From Patescibacteria group bacterium (GTDB lineage Bacteria; Patescibacteriota; WWE3; JAMCXX01): a stretch of DNA of 64,000 bases. The notes under the pieces were generated by a model that was not told where the DNA came from, did no database searches, and saw nothing but the letters and a program-made list of their open reading frames with translations. Position 1 is the stretch's first letter. Every line of letters starts with the position of its first letter. The stretch spans positions 4,217 to 68,216 of the forward strand of contig JAMCXX010000002.1 of assembly GCA_023474425.1 (NCBI GenBank), read 5' to 3'. Shown here piece after piece: positions 53,373-62,413 of this stretch. The position numbers and the translations under genes are program-made.

Positions 53373-54189
53373 TATCCTTTATACCGAAACTCAATAGTTT
53401 GTAAAAGACAAAAATAATGAGAAGAAATGTTCCCAGATCGAGAAAGGGGTTGCGGAAGTATTGGGCGATACCAAAGATGAAAAGGCGGAGTGGGGCGCCG
53501 TAGCCGGACATGGACTGCGCCTGAATTTTGTTTTGGAAATTGAGAACGGCAATGAACAAACCGGATGCAATAAAAACGGCCGCACCCAGACTGCGAAAAA
53601 TATTGTAAATCTTCTGCCGGTTTTGCCCAGCGATCTTTGAAGTCAATTTCCCATAAAACAGCGAAAGAAGAAAAAGAGGAAAAACAATGCCGAGAACATA
53701 GGCCAGGGAAACGACAACCGCTTGAAACAAAGTCGGCGAAAGCGCCGTCAGCGTTACGGCGGCAAAAAGCACCGGCGCACAGCAGGAAGAAGTAAGCCCG
53801 GACATTAAACCCAGCCCGAAAACCGAACCGGTGTTAACTTTTTGGCCAAGCTTGGGTTGAAAGTGAAAAAACGAAGGCAGACTAAAAAAGGGCCGGACGG
53901 TGGCCAGACCCATACCGATGAGAACTAAAGCTCCCAAGTAGTAAATTTGTTTATGGAAAGAATCCAGGAAAAAGACAAAGAACCGGAACCCGATCGCGAT
54001 CGGAACAAGAATAACCGACAGACCAAGGGCAAAAATAAGTGTATAAAACATCACCTTCTTCCCTTCCTTAAAAACGGTGCCGAGGTAGGAAGGAAAAAGA
54101 AAAGTAATGCAGCAGGGGGCAAAAAGGGCCAGAACACCGGCCAGAAACGAAGCGGTGAGCGATATCCCGAACAGAAAATTGCTATCCAT
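53365..54189 (-). CDS. CcdA/DsbD-like thiol-disulfide transmembrane electron transporter
   Basis: Polytopic protein with membrane-embedded Cys pairs (FAPCCITF and SSCCAPV). Confidence 0.65.
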   Translation of the reverse strand: MDSNFLFGISLTASFLAGVLALFAPCCITFLFPSYLGTVFKEGKKVMFYTLIFALGLSVILVPIAIGFRFFVFFLDSFHKQIYYLGALVLIGMGLATVRPFFSLPSFFHFQPKLGQKVNTGSVFGLGLMSGLTSSCCAPVLFAAVTLTALSPTLFQAVVVSLAYVLGIVFPLFLLSLFYGKLTSKIAGQNRQKIYNIFRSLGAAVFIASGLFIAVLNFQNKIQAQSMSGYGAPLRLFIFGIAQYFRNPFLDLGTFLLIIFVFYKLLSFGIKDND

Positions 54190-54191
54190 TC

Positions 54192-54692
54192 TTAACTGAC
54201 GCTGGCGGTTACCTTAAATACAAGTTTCGAATTCAAAGGATCGTTGGTCGTGACATACACTTCCCTTTCAACATAACCGTAAACCGGCATCTGATAGGGA
54301 CGGTAAATGACTCGCACTACGGCCGATTGACCGGGCGCGATTTCGGCCACCGCGCCGCTTTGGGAATGCATGCCAAACTCCTCACTCGATTTTCCGTTGT
54401 AGATAATCTGAGCGGCAGTGCACATACAGCTTGACTGAATGTCCGAAAGCTGCAATGGTTTGGCTCCGGTGTTTTTAACGGTAAAGTCGGCCGATTTCTC
54501 GTCGGAAACCTTCATGGGCCCCAAATCCCGAGAATCTTCGGCAACTTCCACCCGGGGTTTCTGCGCGTCGCTGACCGCGTAAGAGGCGGGGCCGGTAACG
54601 GAAGCGCCTCTTATTAAGAAAAAATAAACCGCTAAAACGACCACGAAGAGAAAAACCGGAACGGTAATAAACAAAGCTCCCTTAATGGCCAT
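54192..54692 (-). CDS. DUF1573-like exported protein
   Basis: N-terminal TM segment and an Ig-like domain with the CMCT motif. Confidence 0.65.
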   Translation of the reverse strand: MAIKGALFITVPVFLFVVVLAVYFFLIRGASVTGPASYAVSDAQKPRVEVAEDSRDLGPMKVSDEKSADFTVKNTGAKPLQLSDIQSSCMCTAAQIIYNGKSSEEFGMHSQSGAVAEIAPGQSAVVRVIYRPYQMPVYGYVEREVYVTTNDPLNSKLVFKVTASVS

Positions 54693-54966
54693 TTTTATCC
54701 ATCACCTTCATTACTTCGGCAATAACTTCGCGCTCCTTTCCCCTCTTAATCGCGCTCACCACACAGGTTTTAAGGTGATTTTTGAGAATAACTTTATCGG
54801 CCTCTCGCAGAGCCGCCTGCACGGCCAGTGATTGATGTATAACATCGATGCAGTACTCCCCCTTTTCCACCATCTCAACAACTTTATCCAGATGCCCGCC
54901 GGCAATTTTGAGACGGTGTAAAATGATGTGCTTCACCGATTTGTCCCGTGGTATTCCTTTGGGCAT
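54682..54966 (-). CDS. csoR: CsoR-family copper-sensing repressor
   Basis: YCIDVIHQSLAVQAAL...HLKTCV gives the canonical C-H-C ligand set. Confidence 0.85.
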   Translation of the reverse strand: MPKGIPRDKSVKHIILHRLKIAGGHLDKVVEMVEKGEYCIDVIHQSLAVQAALREADKVILKNHLKTCVVSAIKRGKEREVIAEVMKVMDKNGH

Positions 54967-54971
54967 AATTT

Positions 54972-55025
54972 ATATCCCCATACTGGAGATATATAAAGTT
55001 TAGACGATTTGAACAACGCTGTCAA
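54972..55025 (-). promoter_or_regulatory. promoter (TTGACA-17-TAAACT) plus a CsoR-type inverted repeat
   Basis: The minus strand carries -35 at 55020-55025 and -10 at 54997-55002. The operator-like ATATCTCCAGTATGGGGATAT lies at 54972-54992. Confidence 0.5.
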
Positions 55026-55028
55026 CGG

Positions 55029-55856
55029 CTAATTCTTTTGCGAAAGAAGGTAGAGGCTGGGGCCGAATTCAAGATAAGAAAGCGGTTTTTGAAGCCGGCT
55101 CTCCAAAGTCAATAAAAACCCGACCGGCAAGATTTTTTTAAGAAGGGGGGAACGCAGATTGGAAACGGAAAGGGTTTCACGCACGGTAAAGCCCGAATCT
55201 TTAAGCAAACCTTTAATGACCTTGGGATCATGGTTTACAAAAGATATTTTTTCCTCTGCCTCCGTTTGGCTTTGCTCCGAAGGCATATTAGCCAAATTTC
55301 GTTTGGGGATAAGACGCCGAAGCCTGTTTTTAAAATGTCTAACGTTGGGAATTTCTAAGATAAACCAACCGCCGCTTTTTAAAACCCTGGAAATCTCCCT
55401 AACGGCCGGCACAGGGTCGGCTAAATGATGAAACACCCGCACGCAAATGGCGGCGTCGCAGTCATTGTTTGGCAAAGGAATCTGGTCGGCAAAGGCCTTA
55501 ACGAATTGGGCTTTGGCCGCCGCCGGAGAGGTTTCCCTGATTTTGTCGAGTTGTACTTGCGAGGGGTCCAAAAGGGCCAAACTTTTCCAATATTTTTCGT
55601 AAACCGGAATAAGACGACCGAGCCCCACTCCAACCTCCAAAATTTTTTCGTGAGGACCGGAGATTTTTTGTATTAGACGCCAAACGGCCAGACGGTCGGC
55701 CGAATTTTCATAGTCCCGCCCCTGCCAATAAGCAGCGTAGTCAAAACTGTCATAAAAAGCTTTAGGCATAATTGTAGATCCGAACGGAATCAATTCTAAC
55801 ACGTGCTGATCATTATCATAACGAAAAACATACCCAATCCATATCTCTTTTGACAA
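55029..55856 (-). CDS. class I SAM-dependent methyltransferase
   Basis: Motif I ILEVGVGLGR. Confidence 0.8.
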   Translation of the reverse strand: MSKEIWIGYVFRYDNDQHVLELIPFGSTIMPKAFYDSFDYAAYWQGRDYENSADRLAVWRLIQKISGPHEKILEVGVGLGRLIPVYEKYWKSLALLDPSQVQLDKIRETSPAAAKAQFVKAFADQIPLPNNDCDAAICVRVFHHLADPVPAVREISRVLKSGGWFILEIPNVRHFKNRLRRLIPKRNLANMPSEQSQTEAEEKISFVNHDPKVIKGLLKDSGFTVRETLSVSNLRSPLLKKILPVGFLLTLESRLQKPLSYLEFGPSLYLLSQKN

Positions 55857-55907
55857 TTATAGGGTAGTATGATTTACTTTATTAAATCCAAAAAAGGAGA
55901 GGACTAA

Positions 55908-56321
55908 ATGAAAAAGGAACTGGACGCGTTTGGCAAGCTGGGACGCTGGCTGGGAATCATCTACGCCGCCTTCTGGCTACTGGGATTCCTGGCTATGTGG
56001 AACGTACCGAGGCAAAGTACACCTATAGGCGGATACTCGGCCGTTCTCTATGCTGTGGCAATTGCATTTGTACTAACCAGCGCTTTCGCGGCATTTGATA
56101 TGATTGCTGCCGGACAGACGACCGTTTGGTTGCAAATTACTAACTTGGCGATCTTTGCCTACATGGACTTCTTGGGAATTGACTGGTCGTTGATCGCCAA
56201 GATCCCGGACCAGATATCAGTTTTCGAATACCTTTGGCTCGTCGGCTGTCCGATGCTCGTTCTTCTCTACCTGCTCACGTCTCTTTTCGAAAGATTGAAG
56301 CCAAAGATTAAAAAGGAGTGA
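55908..56321 (+). CDS. 4-TM membrane protein
   Basis: 137-aa hydrophobic ORF with SD AAAGGAGAGG. Confidence 0.5.
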   Translation: MKKELDAFGKLGRWLGIIYAAFWLLGFLAMWNVPRQSTPIGGYSAVLYAVAIAFVLTSAFAAFDMIAAGQTTVWLQITNLAIFAYMDFLGIDWSLIAKIPDQISVFEYLWLVGCPMLVLLYLLTSLFERLKPKIKKE

Positions 56322-56329
56322 ACAAACAA

Positions 56330-56365
56330 CGCCTGCGTTTGGGCCAAAAACCCCGCAGGCTTTTT
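56330..56365 (+). terminator. intrinsic terminator
   Basis: GCCTGCG...CGCAGGC followed by TTTTTT. Confidence 0.75.
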
Positions 56366-56424
56366 TAATCCCCAAAATCAACAGTGAGTGGTTGGAGGTT
56401 CGATGTGGCTTGCCGCGCTAAGCG

Positions 56425-56499
56425 TGGTCGGGGTGCGGGGAATTGGACCCCGTGCCTCTCGTACCCCATACGAGCGGTCTACCGATGACCTACACCCCG
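56425..56499 (-). tRNA. tRNA-Pro (anticodon GGG), CCA encoded
   Basis: Manual cloverleaf: acceptor CGGGGTG/CACCCCG, D stem GGTC/GACC, anticodon stem CTCGT/ACGAG with loop ATGGGGT, and T stem CGGGG/CCCCG with loop TCCAATT. Confidence 0.8.
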
Positions 56500-56630
56500 A
56501 GTTAAGTGAAAAAGCTAATAAGCAGGTAAATCGTCTAAAAAAAGTATAACAAAGGCGAAGATTGATGTCAGTTATGCAGGTTAGATATTTTCTCCCGATT
56601 AGCTTTCTAAATCCGCTTGGTGATCCGCTG

Positions 56631-57047
56631 TTAACGCTTGGAGAATTGCTGGCCGCGCCGAGCTCCGTGACGGCCCCATTTCTTGCTTTCCACCATTCGG
56701 GAATCCCGCGTCAAAAGCCCTTCCCTTCTTAGAATCGGGCGGAAAGACGAATCCTTTTTTACCAAAGCCTTGGCCAACCCCAGGGCGGCCGCCTCGAGTT
56801 GTGACTTCTTGCCGCCTCCAAAAACCCTGACGGAAACGGAAACTTTACCGCCGGCGTTAACCAGTTGCAGAGGCCTTAAAAGCTGATTTTCGGCGCCGTC
56901 GACTCCCAAAAAATACTCCCCAGAGCTTTTGCCGTTGACCTGAATTCCGTCAATATCCGGCTGGTGTTTTAAATAAAGCCAGACGCTGGCCACGGCCGTT
57001 TTTCGGGCGCCGCGGGCGGAAATAAAATTAGTTCTGGCTCTCTTCAT
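56631..57047 (-). CDS. rpsI: 30S ribosomal protein S9
   Basis: The C-terminal ...RRGQQFSKR is typical of S9, and the gene follows rplM. Confidence 0.9.
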   Translation of the reverse strand: MKRARTNFISARGARKTAVASVWLYLKHQPDIDGIQVNGKSSGEYFLGVDGAENQLLRPLQLVNAGGKVSVSVRVFGGGKKSQLEAAALGLAKALVKKDSSFRPILRREGLLTRDSRMVESKKWGRHGARRGQQFSKR

Positions 57048-57050
57048 AAG

Positions 57051-57461
57051 CTACTTAAATTGACTGCCGTGCGGATGCTCGGCCCCGCGATAAACCAAAA
57101 GACGAGCCATTCTTTTTTTCAAAAGTTTATTCTTTGAGAGCATACCCAAAACGGCGTGACGCAAGACTTCCTCAGGACGTCTGGCTTTAAGACTCTTTAG
57201 AGATTCCTCCTTAAGACCGCCGGGGTAGCCCGAGTAGCGGTAATAGATTTTCTTTTCTTCCTTTCGGCCGGTAACCAAAAGAGAAGCGGCGTTAACAACC
57301 ACCACATAGTCGCCCAGGTCAAGATTGGGTAAATAATTGACTTTGCCTTTGCCGCAAAGAAGTTTAGCTATTTTTACGGACAGTCTTCCCAACGGTTCTT
57401 TTGAGGCGTCCAGAAGATGCCACGACCTTTGGGGAGTCTGCTGATTTGGACTTTTCTCCAT
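57051..57461 (-). CDS. rplM: 50S ribosomal protein L13
   Basis: RSWHLLDASKEPLGRLS...GDYVVVVNA matches L13. The start was chosen at MEKSPNQ. Confidence 0.9.
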   Translation of the reverse strand: MEKSPNQQTPQRSWHLLDASKEPLGRLSVKIAKLLCGKGKVNYLPNLDLGDYVVVVNAASLLVTGRKEEKKIYYRYSGYPGGLKEESLKSLKARRPEEVLRHAVLGMLSKNKLLKKRMARLLVYRGAEHPHGSQFK

Positions 57462-57843
57462 ACTTGCCCCCATTTAATTCTACAAATTTTAACTCGGCTA
57501 ATTCGGCGCCATCGCTTCGGTACTTGCCGCTCTTTCTAAGAGTCAGATAGCCGGAGCGGCGGTCGGAAAAACCAGGAATTAGGCTTCCAAAAAGCTTCTC
57601 CGAGGCCTTTCTTAAGGTTAAGAAACTGTAGATTTTCCTCTTTAAAGAAAAATTACCGTGTACCTCCGCCCGCTTGGCTTTATTGACCAGAAGGTCAAAC
57701 TGGCGGCGCACCTCTTTTGCCTTGGGCAGAGTTGTTTCTAAATGTCCATGTTCAACCAAAGAAGTGAGGAGAGAACGAAGCATGGCCTTTCTCTCTCCAA
57801 CGTCCCTCTTGAATTTGCGCCCCTTTTTTACCCGATGCCTCAT
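57364..57843 (-). CDS. rplQ: 50S ribosomal protein L17 with a 37-aa C-terminal extension
   Basis: MRHRVKKGRKF...ETTLPKAKEVRR matches L17. The reading frame continues about 98 nt into rplM. Confidence 0.85.
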   Translation of the reverse strand: MRHRVKKGRKFKRDVGERKAMLRSLLTSLVEHGHLETTLPKAKEVRRQFDLLVNKAKRAEVHGNFSLKRKIYSFLTLRKASEKLFGSLIPGFSDRRSGYLTLRKSGKYRSDGAELAELKFVELNGGKYGEKSKSADSPKVVASSGRLKRTVGKTVRKNS

Positions 57844-57946
57844 AAAGAATCAATATTCAGAAAGTAAATACCAAAACTAAGGAAGGTCCAAAGGCGATAC
57901 CAAAATTTTGATTTCTGATATCTGCACCCTGAACTGGCCGCGCCAA

Positions 57947-58885
57947 CTACTTCCAGTCCTGTTTCTTGAGAAGTTCCAGAATTTCACCAATGCCTTTTTG
58001 CCCAAGACCTTTAATCTTGCTTAACTCGTCTTTCTTGGAAACAAGTTCGCCCAAGTTTTTAATTTTGGCCTTAAGCAGAGCGTTGGTGGTACGAGTGGAG
58101 AGCCCCAAATCTTCCAAAGCCACGCCGAGCTCCTGTTCACCCAAGGAGCTGCCCTTGTCCTCCGGCTTCTCCGCCGCCGAAGTCAACGCCTCTTCTTCCT
58201 TTTCGTGTGAAAAAGCGGCAAAAAAATCCTGAAGAATGGTGCTGGCTGTCTTTAAGGCCTCCGACGGCACCACCGTACCATCGGTCTTAATCTCAACTTC
58301 CAAGCTGTCCAAGGTTGTTTCCTGCCCAAACCGGGCCAGGCCTACTCGGTAAGAAACTTCTGTAACCGGACTAAAAACGGAGTCCAGCGGAATAACGCCT
58401 ACCTTGTTGACAGCGTGCTCCTCGGCCGACTCGTAACCGACACCTGATTCGGCGGTGAGCTCCATTGAAAGTTTTGACTTTTTGTCGGTGAGGGTGGCCA
58501 AGAGGAGACCGGTATTAACTACCTCGCCGTCACCAACCACCTCTAAATCCCCGGCTTTAATCTCACCGGTACCGGAATGATCCAGTTTTAGAATCACTGG
58601 CTGATTATTAAAAATCTTTAAACGTATTTTTTTAATGTTTAGGAGCAAATCAACCACATCTTCACGCACGCCCGGCAAGGTGGTAAACGGATGAGTGGCG
58701 CCATCTATTTTTACCTGAGTTACGGCTGCCCCGGGAATGGACGAGAGTAGAGTCCGCCGCAAAACGCTGCCCAAGGTGTGCCCGAACCCAACCGGCAACG
58801 GCTCAAAAACGAAACGCCCGAAATCTTTTTTTTGTTCCACCGTCTTGAGTTGAACTTTGTCGAGCAGGTCTTTATAAGTCAGCAT
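57947..58885 (-). CDS. rpoA: DNA-directed RNA polymerase subunit alpha
   Basis: Full-length RpoA similarity, including the C-terminal helix-hairpin-helix domain. Confidence 0.95.
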   Translation of the reverse strand: MLTYKDLLDKVQLKTVEQKKDFGRFVFEPLPVGFGHTLGSVLRRTLLSSIPGAAVTQVKIDGATHPFTTLPGVREDVVDLLLNIKKIRLKIFNNQPVILKLDHSGTGEIKAGDLEVVGDGEVVNTGLLLATLTDKKSKLSMELTAESGVGYESAEEHAVNKVGVIPLDSVFSPVTEVSYRVGLARFGQETTLDSLEVEIKTDGTVVPSEALKTASTILQDFFAAFSHEKEEEALTSAAEKPEDKGSSLGEQELGVALEDLGLSTRTTNALLKAKIKNLGELVSKKDELSKIKGLGQKGIGEILELLKKQDWK

Positions 58886-58939
58886 ATTTTTTTAAATACA
58901 AAACACGACACAAAGAATCGGTCTTAAGTTTTAGTAGCC

Positions 58940-59527
58940 CTAACGGGAGTAAAACTCAACAATCGACTTTTCATCAATATCTTCCTGAATCTGGTCACGG
59001 CTGGGCAAAGCCAAAACCCGGGCCTCTTTTTTCTTTAGGTCCAGGGAAAGCCAGGCCGGAACAATGCGCTCCGCCGTGCTCTCTTTAACAAAAGTTATGG
59101 TATCACCCGATTTTAACTCATAAGCGGGGTAGGTGACAAGCCGACCCGAAACTTTAAAATGACCGTGACGAATACGCTGGCGTGCTTGGGGTCGTGAGGC
59201 CGCCAAACCCAGGCGGTAAACCGCGTTATCTAAACGCCGTTCCAGACGACTCAAAAGTGTACCGGCGCTCGAAAGAGTCTTTCGGGACGACTCAAAATAA
59301 TTCTTAATCTGCGCCTCACTCACGAGATAAATACGCTTTACCTTCTGTTTTTCCCGCAGTTGTAAACCGTATTCGCTCACCTTGCGGCGGCGGGCCTTGT
59401 GCGGCCCGGGTGCTGACTGACGAACGACAATCGGACATTTTGGACCGTCACATTTTTCGCCCTTTAAAAAGAGCTTTACGCCTTCGCGGCGACAGAGTCT
59501 ACATTTTGGTCCGATGTACTGCGACAT
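58940..59527 (-). CDS. rpsD: 30S ribosomal protein S4
   Basis: MSQYIGPKCRLCRREG... and an S4 domain. Confidence 0.95.
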   Translation of the reverse strand: MSQYIGPKCRLCRREGVKLFLKGEKCDGPKCPIVVRQSAPGPHKARRRKVSEYGLQLREKQKVKRIYLVSEAQIKNYFESSRKTLSSAGTLLSRLERRLDNAVYRLGLAASRPQARQRIRHGHFKVSGRLVTYPAYELKSGDTITFVKESTAERIVPAWLSLDLKKKEARVLALPSRDQIQEDIDEKSIVEFYSR

Positions 59528-59629
59528 GTTAAAACGAATCCGATAAGTTACAAATCTTAACGAGTCTTAACGAACTAGGCTTCTCATTCGATAAGATTCG
59601 ACAAGATTCGCTGTCCTGCGATTAGATTT
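59528..59629 (-). promoter_or_regulatory. structured leader repeat R1, upstream of rpsD
   Basis: About 80 percent identical by eye to 60383-60482. It forms a long imperfect hairpin built from CTTAACGA / TCGATAAG words. Confidence 0.5.
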
Positions 59630-59995
59630 TTAAACCCGGCGTCGCTTCTTCGGACGACAGCCGTTGTGCGGAATGGGCGTCACATCGGTAATCGCATTTA
59701 TTTCCAGACCGCCCGCCTTAAGCGACTTAACAGCCGCATCGCGTCCCGCGCCCGGACCTTTAACAAAAACTGAAACCTGGGAAACTCCCAACTCCAGAGC
59801 CTTTCTGGCCAGGTTTAAAGCCGTGGTTGAGGCAGCAAAAGGAGTTGACTTGCGGGCGCCCTTAAACCCGGACATACCGCTTGAACCCCACAAAAGCACC
59901 TGGCCGGAAGTATCGGTGAGAGTCACAATAGTATTGTTAAAACCCGAAGTAATGTAAACCTTTCCCTGACTTAAATTTTCGTGCTTCTTTTTCAT
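59630..59995 (-). CDS. rpsK: 30S ribosomal protein S11
   Basis: S11 signature, ending ...[12 protein letters not shown]. Confidence 0.95.
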   Translation of the reverse strand: MKKKHENLSQGKVYITSGFNNTIVTLTDTSGQVLLWGSSGMSGFKGARKSTPFAASTTALNLARKALELGVSQVSVFVKGPGAGRDAAVKSLKAGGLEINAITDVTPIPHNGCRPKKRRRV

Positions 59996-60004
59996 ATCTT
60001 TAAA

Positions 60005-60382
60005 TTAAGCCCCGGATCTTTTGGTTCCGCCAATAACAGAACGGCGTCCGCGCTTGGTGCGGGCATTGGTCTTGGTGCGCTGACCTCTTACCGGCAGATT
60101 ACGGATATGGCGCAGGCCTCGATAGGAAAGAGTATCCTTAAGCCGTTTAACGTTTAAGCTAATCTCGTGTCTCAACGCTCCTTCGACCACGTATTTTTTT
60201 TCCACCTCTTCGCGGATTTTGGACAACTCCTCCTCTTTAAGGTCCTTAACACGGGTATTGGGGTTAATCCCAACCTTCGCTAAAATCTTTTTGGAGGCCG
60301 AAAGGCCGATGCCGTAAATATACGGCAGGGAGGCCTCGACTCTTTTTTCTCTGGGTATTTCTACCCCGGCAATTCTCGCCAT
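60005..60382 (-). CDS. rpsM: 30S ribosomal protein S13
   Basis: [10 protein letters not shown]... matches S13. Confidence 0.95.
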   Translation of the reverse strand: MARIAGVEIPREKRVEASLPYIYGIGLSASKKILAKVGINPNTRVKDLKEEELSKIREEVEKKYVVEGALRHEISLNVKRLKDTLSYRGLRHIRNLPVRGQRTKTNARTKRGRRSVIGGTKRSGA

Positions 60383-60482
60383 AAATAAAACGAATCCAAC
60401 AAAATCAAATCTTAACGAATCTTAACGAATTAAACTTTCTATTCGATAAGATTAGACAAGATTCGCTACCCGACGATTCGTT
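60383..60482 (-). promoter_or_regulatory. structured leader repeat R2, upstream of rpsM
   Basis: Paralogous to 59528-59629. The hairpin AAUCUUAUCGAAU/AUUCGUUAAGAUU pairs at 12 of 13 positions. Confidence 0.5.
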
Positions 60483-60599
60483 TTACCCCTGTCGCTGCTT
60501 GTGCTTGGGATTTTTTTTGCAAATCACAAAAAGAACGCCCTTGCGCTTAACCACTTTGCAGTCCTTGCACATTTTTTTAATACTGGCTCTAACCTTCAT
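60483..60599 (-). CDS. rpmJ: 50S ribosomal protein L36 (not in the ORF track)
   Basis: The minus strand encodes [38 protein letters not shown]. Confidence 0.88.
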   Translation of the reverse strand: MKVRASIKKMCKDCKVVKRKGVLFVICKKNPKHKQRQG

Positions 60600-60685
60600 A
60601 AAAAATCAGGTCCGAAGGCAGAAGTCAAAAGGTCTGAAGTGGGTCGACCTTCGCTCTTCGGACCTTCTACCTTCTGACCTCGAAA

Positions 60686-60904
60686 CTAACGGTATCTATA
60701 GACCACCCGGCCACGCTCTTTGTCGTAGGGAGTCATTTCCACCTTAACCTTGTCCCCCACCAAAATGCGCACATAATTGCGCCGCATCCGGCCGGAAATA
60801 TGAGCCAAAACCACGCGCCCGTCCGGAGCTTCCACTTTAAAAAGAGTGTTGGGCAGAGTTTCCAGAACGGTTCCGTCAAAAAAATAGTTGCCTTCCCTAC
60901 TCAT
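60686..60904 (-). CDS. infA: translation initiation factor IF-1
   Basis: S1-like domain ...[41 protein letters not shown]. Confidence 0.88.
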   Translation of the reverse strand: MSREGNYFFDGTVLETLPNTLFKVEAPDGRVVLAHISGRMRRNYVRILVGDKVKVEMTPYDKERGRVVYRYR

Positions 60905-60961
60905 AGACAAAACCAAACAACGTGCAATTAGTTCTTGCCGTCAAATAAAAGCCGAAACCTG

Positions 60962-61717
60962 TTATTCCGGGCTAATTTCGGTCAAAACCTTAGGTCCTTG
61001 AGCGGTTAAGGCCACGGTCTGCTCAAACAACCCCGATATTTTACCATCCTTCGTGGCCATTGTCCAGCCATCCGGCAAAACCCTTAAATGCCAGTCGCCG
61101 AAGGTGTAAATAACTTCAATGGCCAGAACCATGCCCTTCTTAAGAACCGGCCCGGATCCTTTTTTGCCATAGCAGGGAACCTGCGGCGGCTCGTGAAGTT
61201 CACGGCCTACCCCATGACCTACCAAGTCGCGGACAACGTTGTAGCCGACGGCCTCAATTTCGGTCTGCATAGCCGCCGAGATGTCCCCAATTCTGCCTCC
61301 TTTCCGGAAAGCTTTGATTGATTTTTCCAAAGCCCTCTTGCCTGCCGACAAGAATTTTTCTTTCCAAGCATCACTACTGCCGGCGACAACCGTCCAAGAA
61401 GTATCGGTGTGGAAACCTTTGTAAATAACGCCCAAATCAATCGAAACAACATCCCCGTCCCCAATGACAGTTTTTGAGGGGATACCGTGAACAATACCGT
61501 CGTTAAGGTTAATGCAGGTGGAAAATTCGTAGCCTTCAAAACCCTTAAACGAAGGGGTACCGCCTAAACCCCGGATGCGGTTCTCGGCCAGACGGTCAAG
61601 TTCTAAAGTGGCAATACCCGGCTTAACTTGCCTCAAAACTTCCTGGATCACTAAAGAGGCGATCTTCCCGCCCGTGGCCATAATTTCTATTTCTTTTGAA
61701 GATTTAATATTAATCAT
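60962..61717 (-). CDS. map: type I methionine aminopeptidase
   Basis: Pita-bread fold metal ligands in context (D...D...H...E...E) and conserved operon position. Confidence 0.92.
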   Translation of the reverse strand: MINIKSSKEIEIMATGGKIASLVIQEVLRQVKPGIATLELDRLAENRIRGLGGTPSFKGFEGYEFSTCINLNDGIVHGIPSKTVIGDGDVVSIDLGVIYKGFHTDTSWTVVAGSSDAWKEKFLSAGKRALEKSIKAFRKGGRIGDISAAMQTEIEAVGYNVVRDLVGHGVGRELHEPPQVPCYGKKGSGPVLKKGMVLAIEVIYTFGDWHLRVLPDGWTMATKDGKISGLFEQTVALTAQGPKVLTEISPE

Positions 61718-62298
61718 GGAGTAATTCCCAACTTCTGGCGGATTTCATCCTGCACGGCTGCGATTGGCTGAAGGTTGTTAACTAAAACCAGCTTTCCCTG
61801 CTTTTGATAGTAGTCCTTAATCGGCTGAATTGTTTTTGAATAAGACTCAAAACGACCTTTTATGGCTTCTTCCGTTTCGTCGGAGCGCACCCGGCCAAGC
61901 TTGGCGTCATTGGCAATCCGACCCTTAATCCGTCTTAAAGATTCCTCGAGCGTCGTTTCCAGATGAATAACTTTGCTAACACCGGAGTCTCTAGCCGAAA
62001 GAAAATCATCTAACCATATCGCCTGCTCGGGATTGCGGGGAAACCCGTCCAGCACAAAACCTTTTTTTAGATCGGTTTCTTCCAAAGCCTGCGACAAAAT
62101 TTTGTTGACAATTTCGTTGGGCGACCAGACACCACGATCAGCAATTTCCTTAGCTTTTAAGGCGTCTGAATCTCCCCGATCGGCGCCCTCCCTTATGAGT
62201 TCCCCCGTTGAAAAAGAGGGGACGTCAATTTTAGCGGCCAAAAGTTTAGCCTGGGTCCCTTTGCCGCAGCCCGACGGCCCAAGCACTATGTAAATCAT
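61714..62298 (-). CDS. adk: adenylate kinase
   Basis: P-loop GPSGCGKGTQ, in the short-lid form. Confidence 0.92.
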   Translation of the reverse strand: MIYIVLGPSGCGKGTQAKLLAAKIDVPSFSTGELIREGADRGDSDALKAKEIADRGVWSPNEIVNKILSQALEETDLKKGFVLDGFPRNPEQAIWLDDFLSARDSGVSKVIHLETTLEESLRRIKGRIANDAKLGRVRSDETEEAIKGRFESYSKTIQPIKDYYQKQGKLVLVNNLQPIAAVQDEIRQKLGITP

Positions 62299-62413
62299 AC
62301 GCCATGAATTTTAATGCATCGGCCTCGTACTGACAATCAGATTTTGTGACCGCCTTCTTCCTGCTCCCATACACTGTAGCGTGGAAGCAATAAATAAAAA
62401 TCCAGATCACCAC

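Noticed and set aside
56380-56424. GGAGGTTCGAT resembling a tRNA T-arm next to tRNA-Pro.
   Set aside because: I could not build a complementary T-stem, acceptor stem or anticodon arm on either strand.
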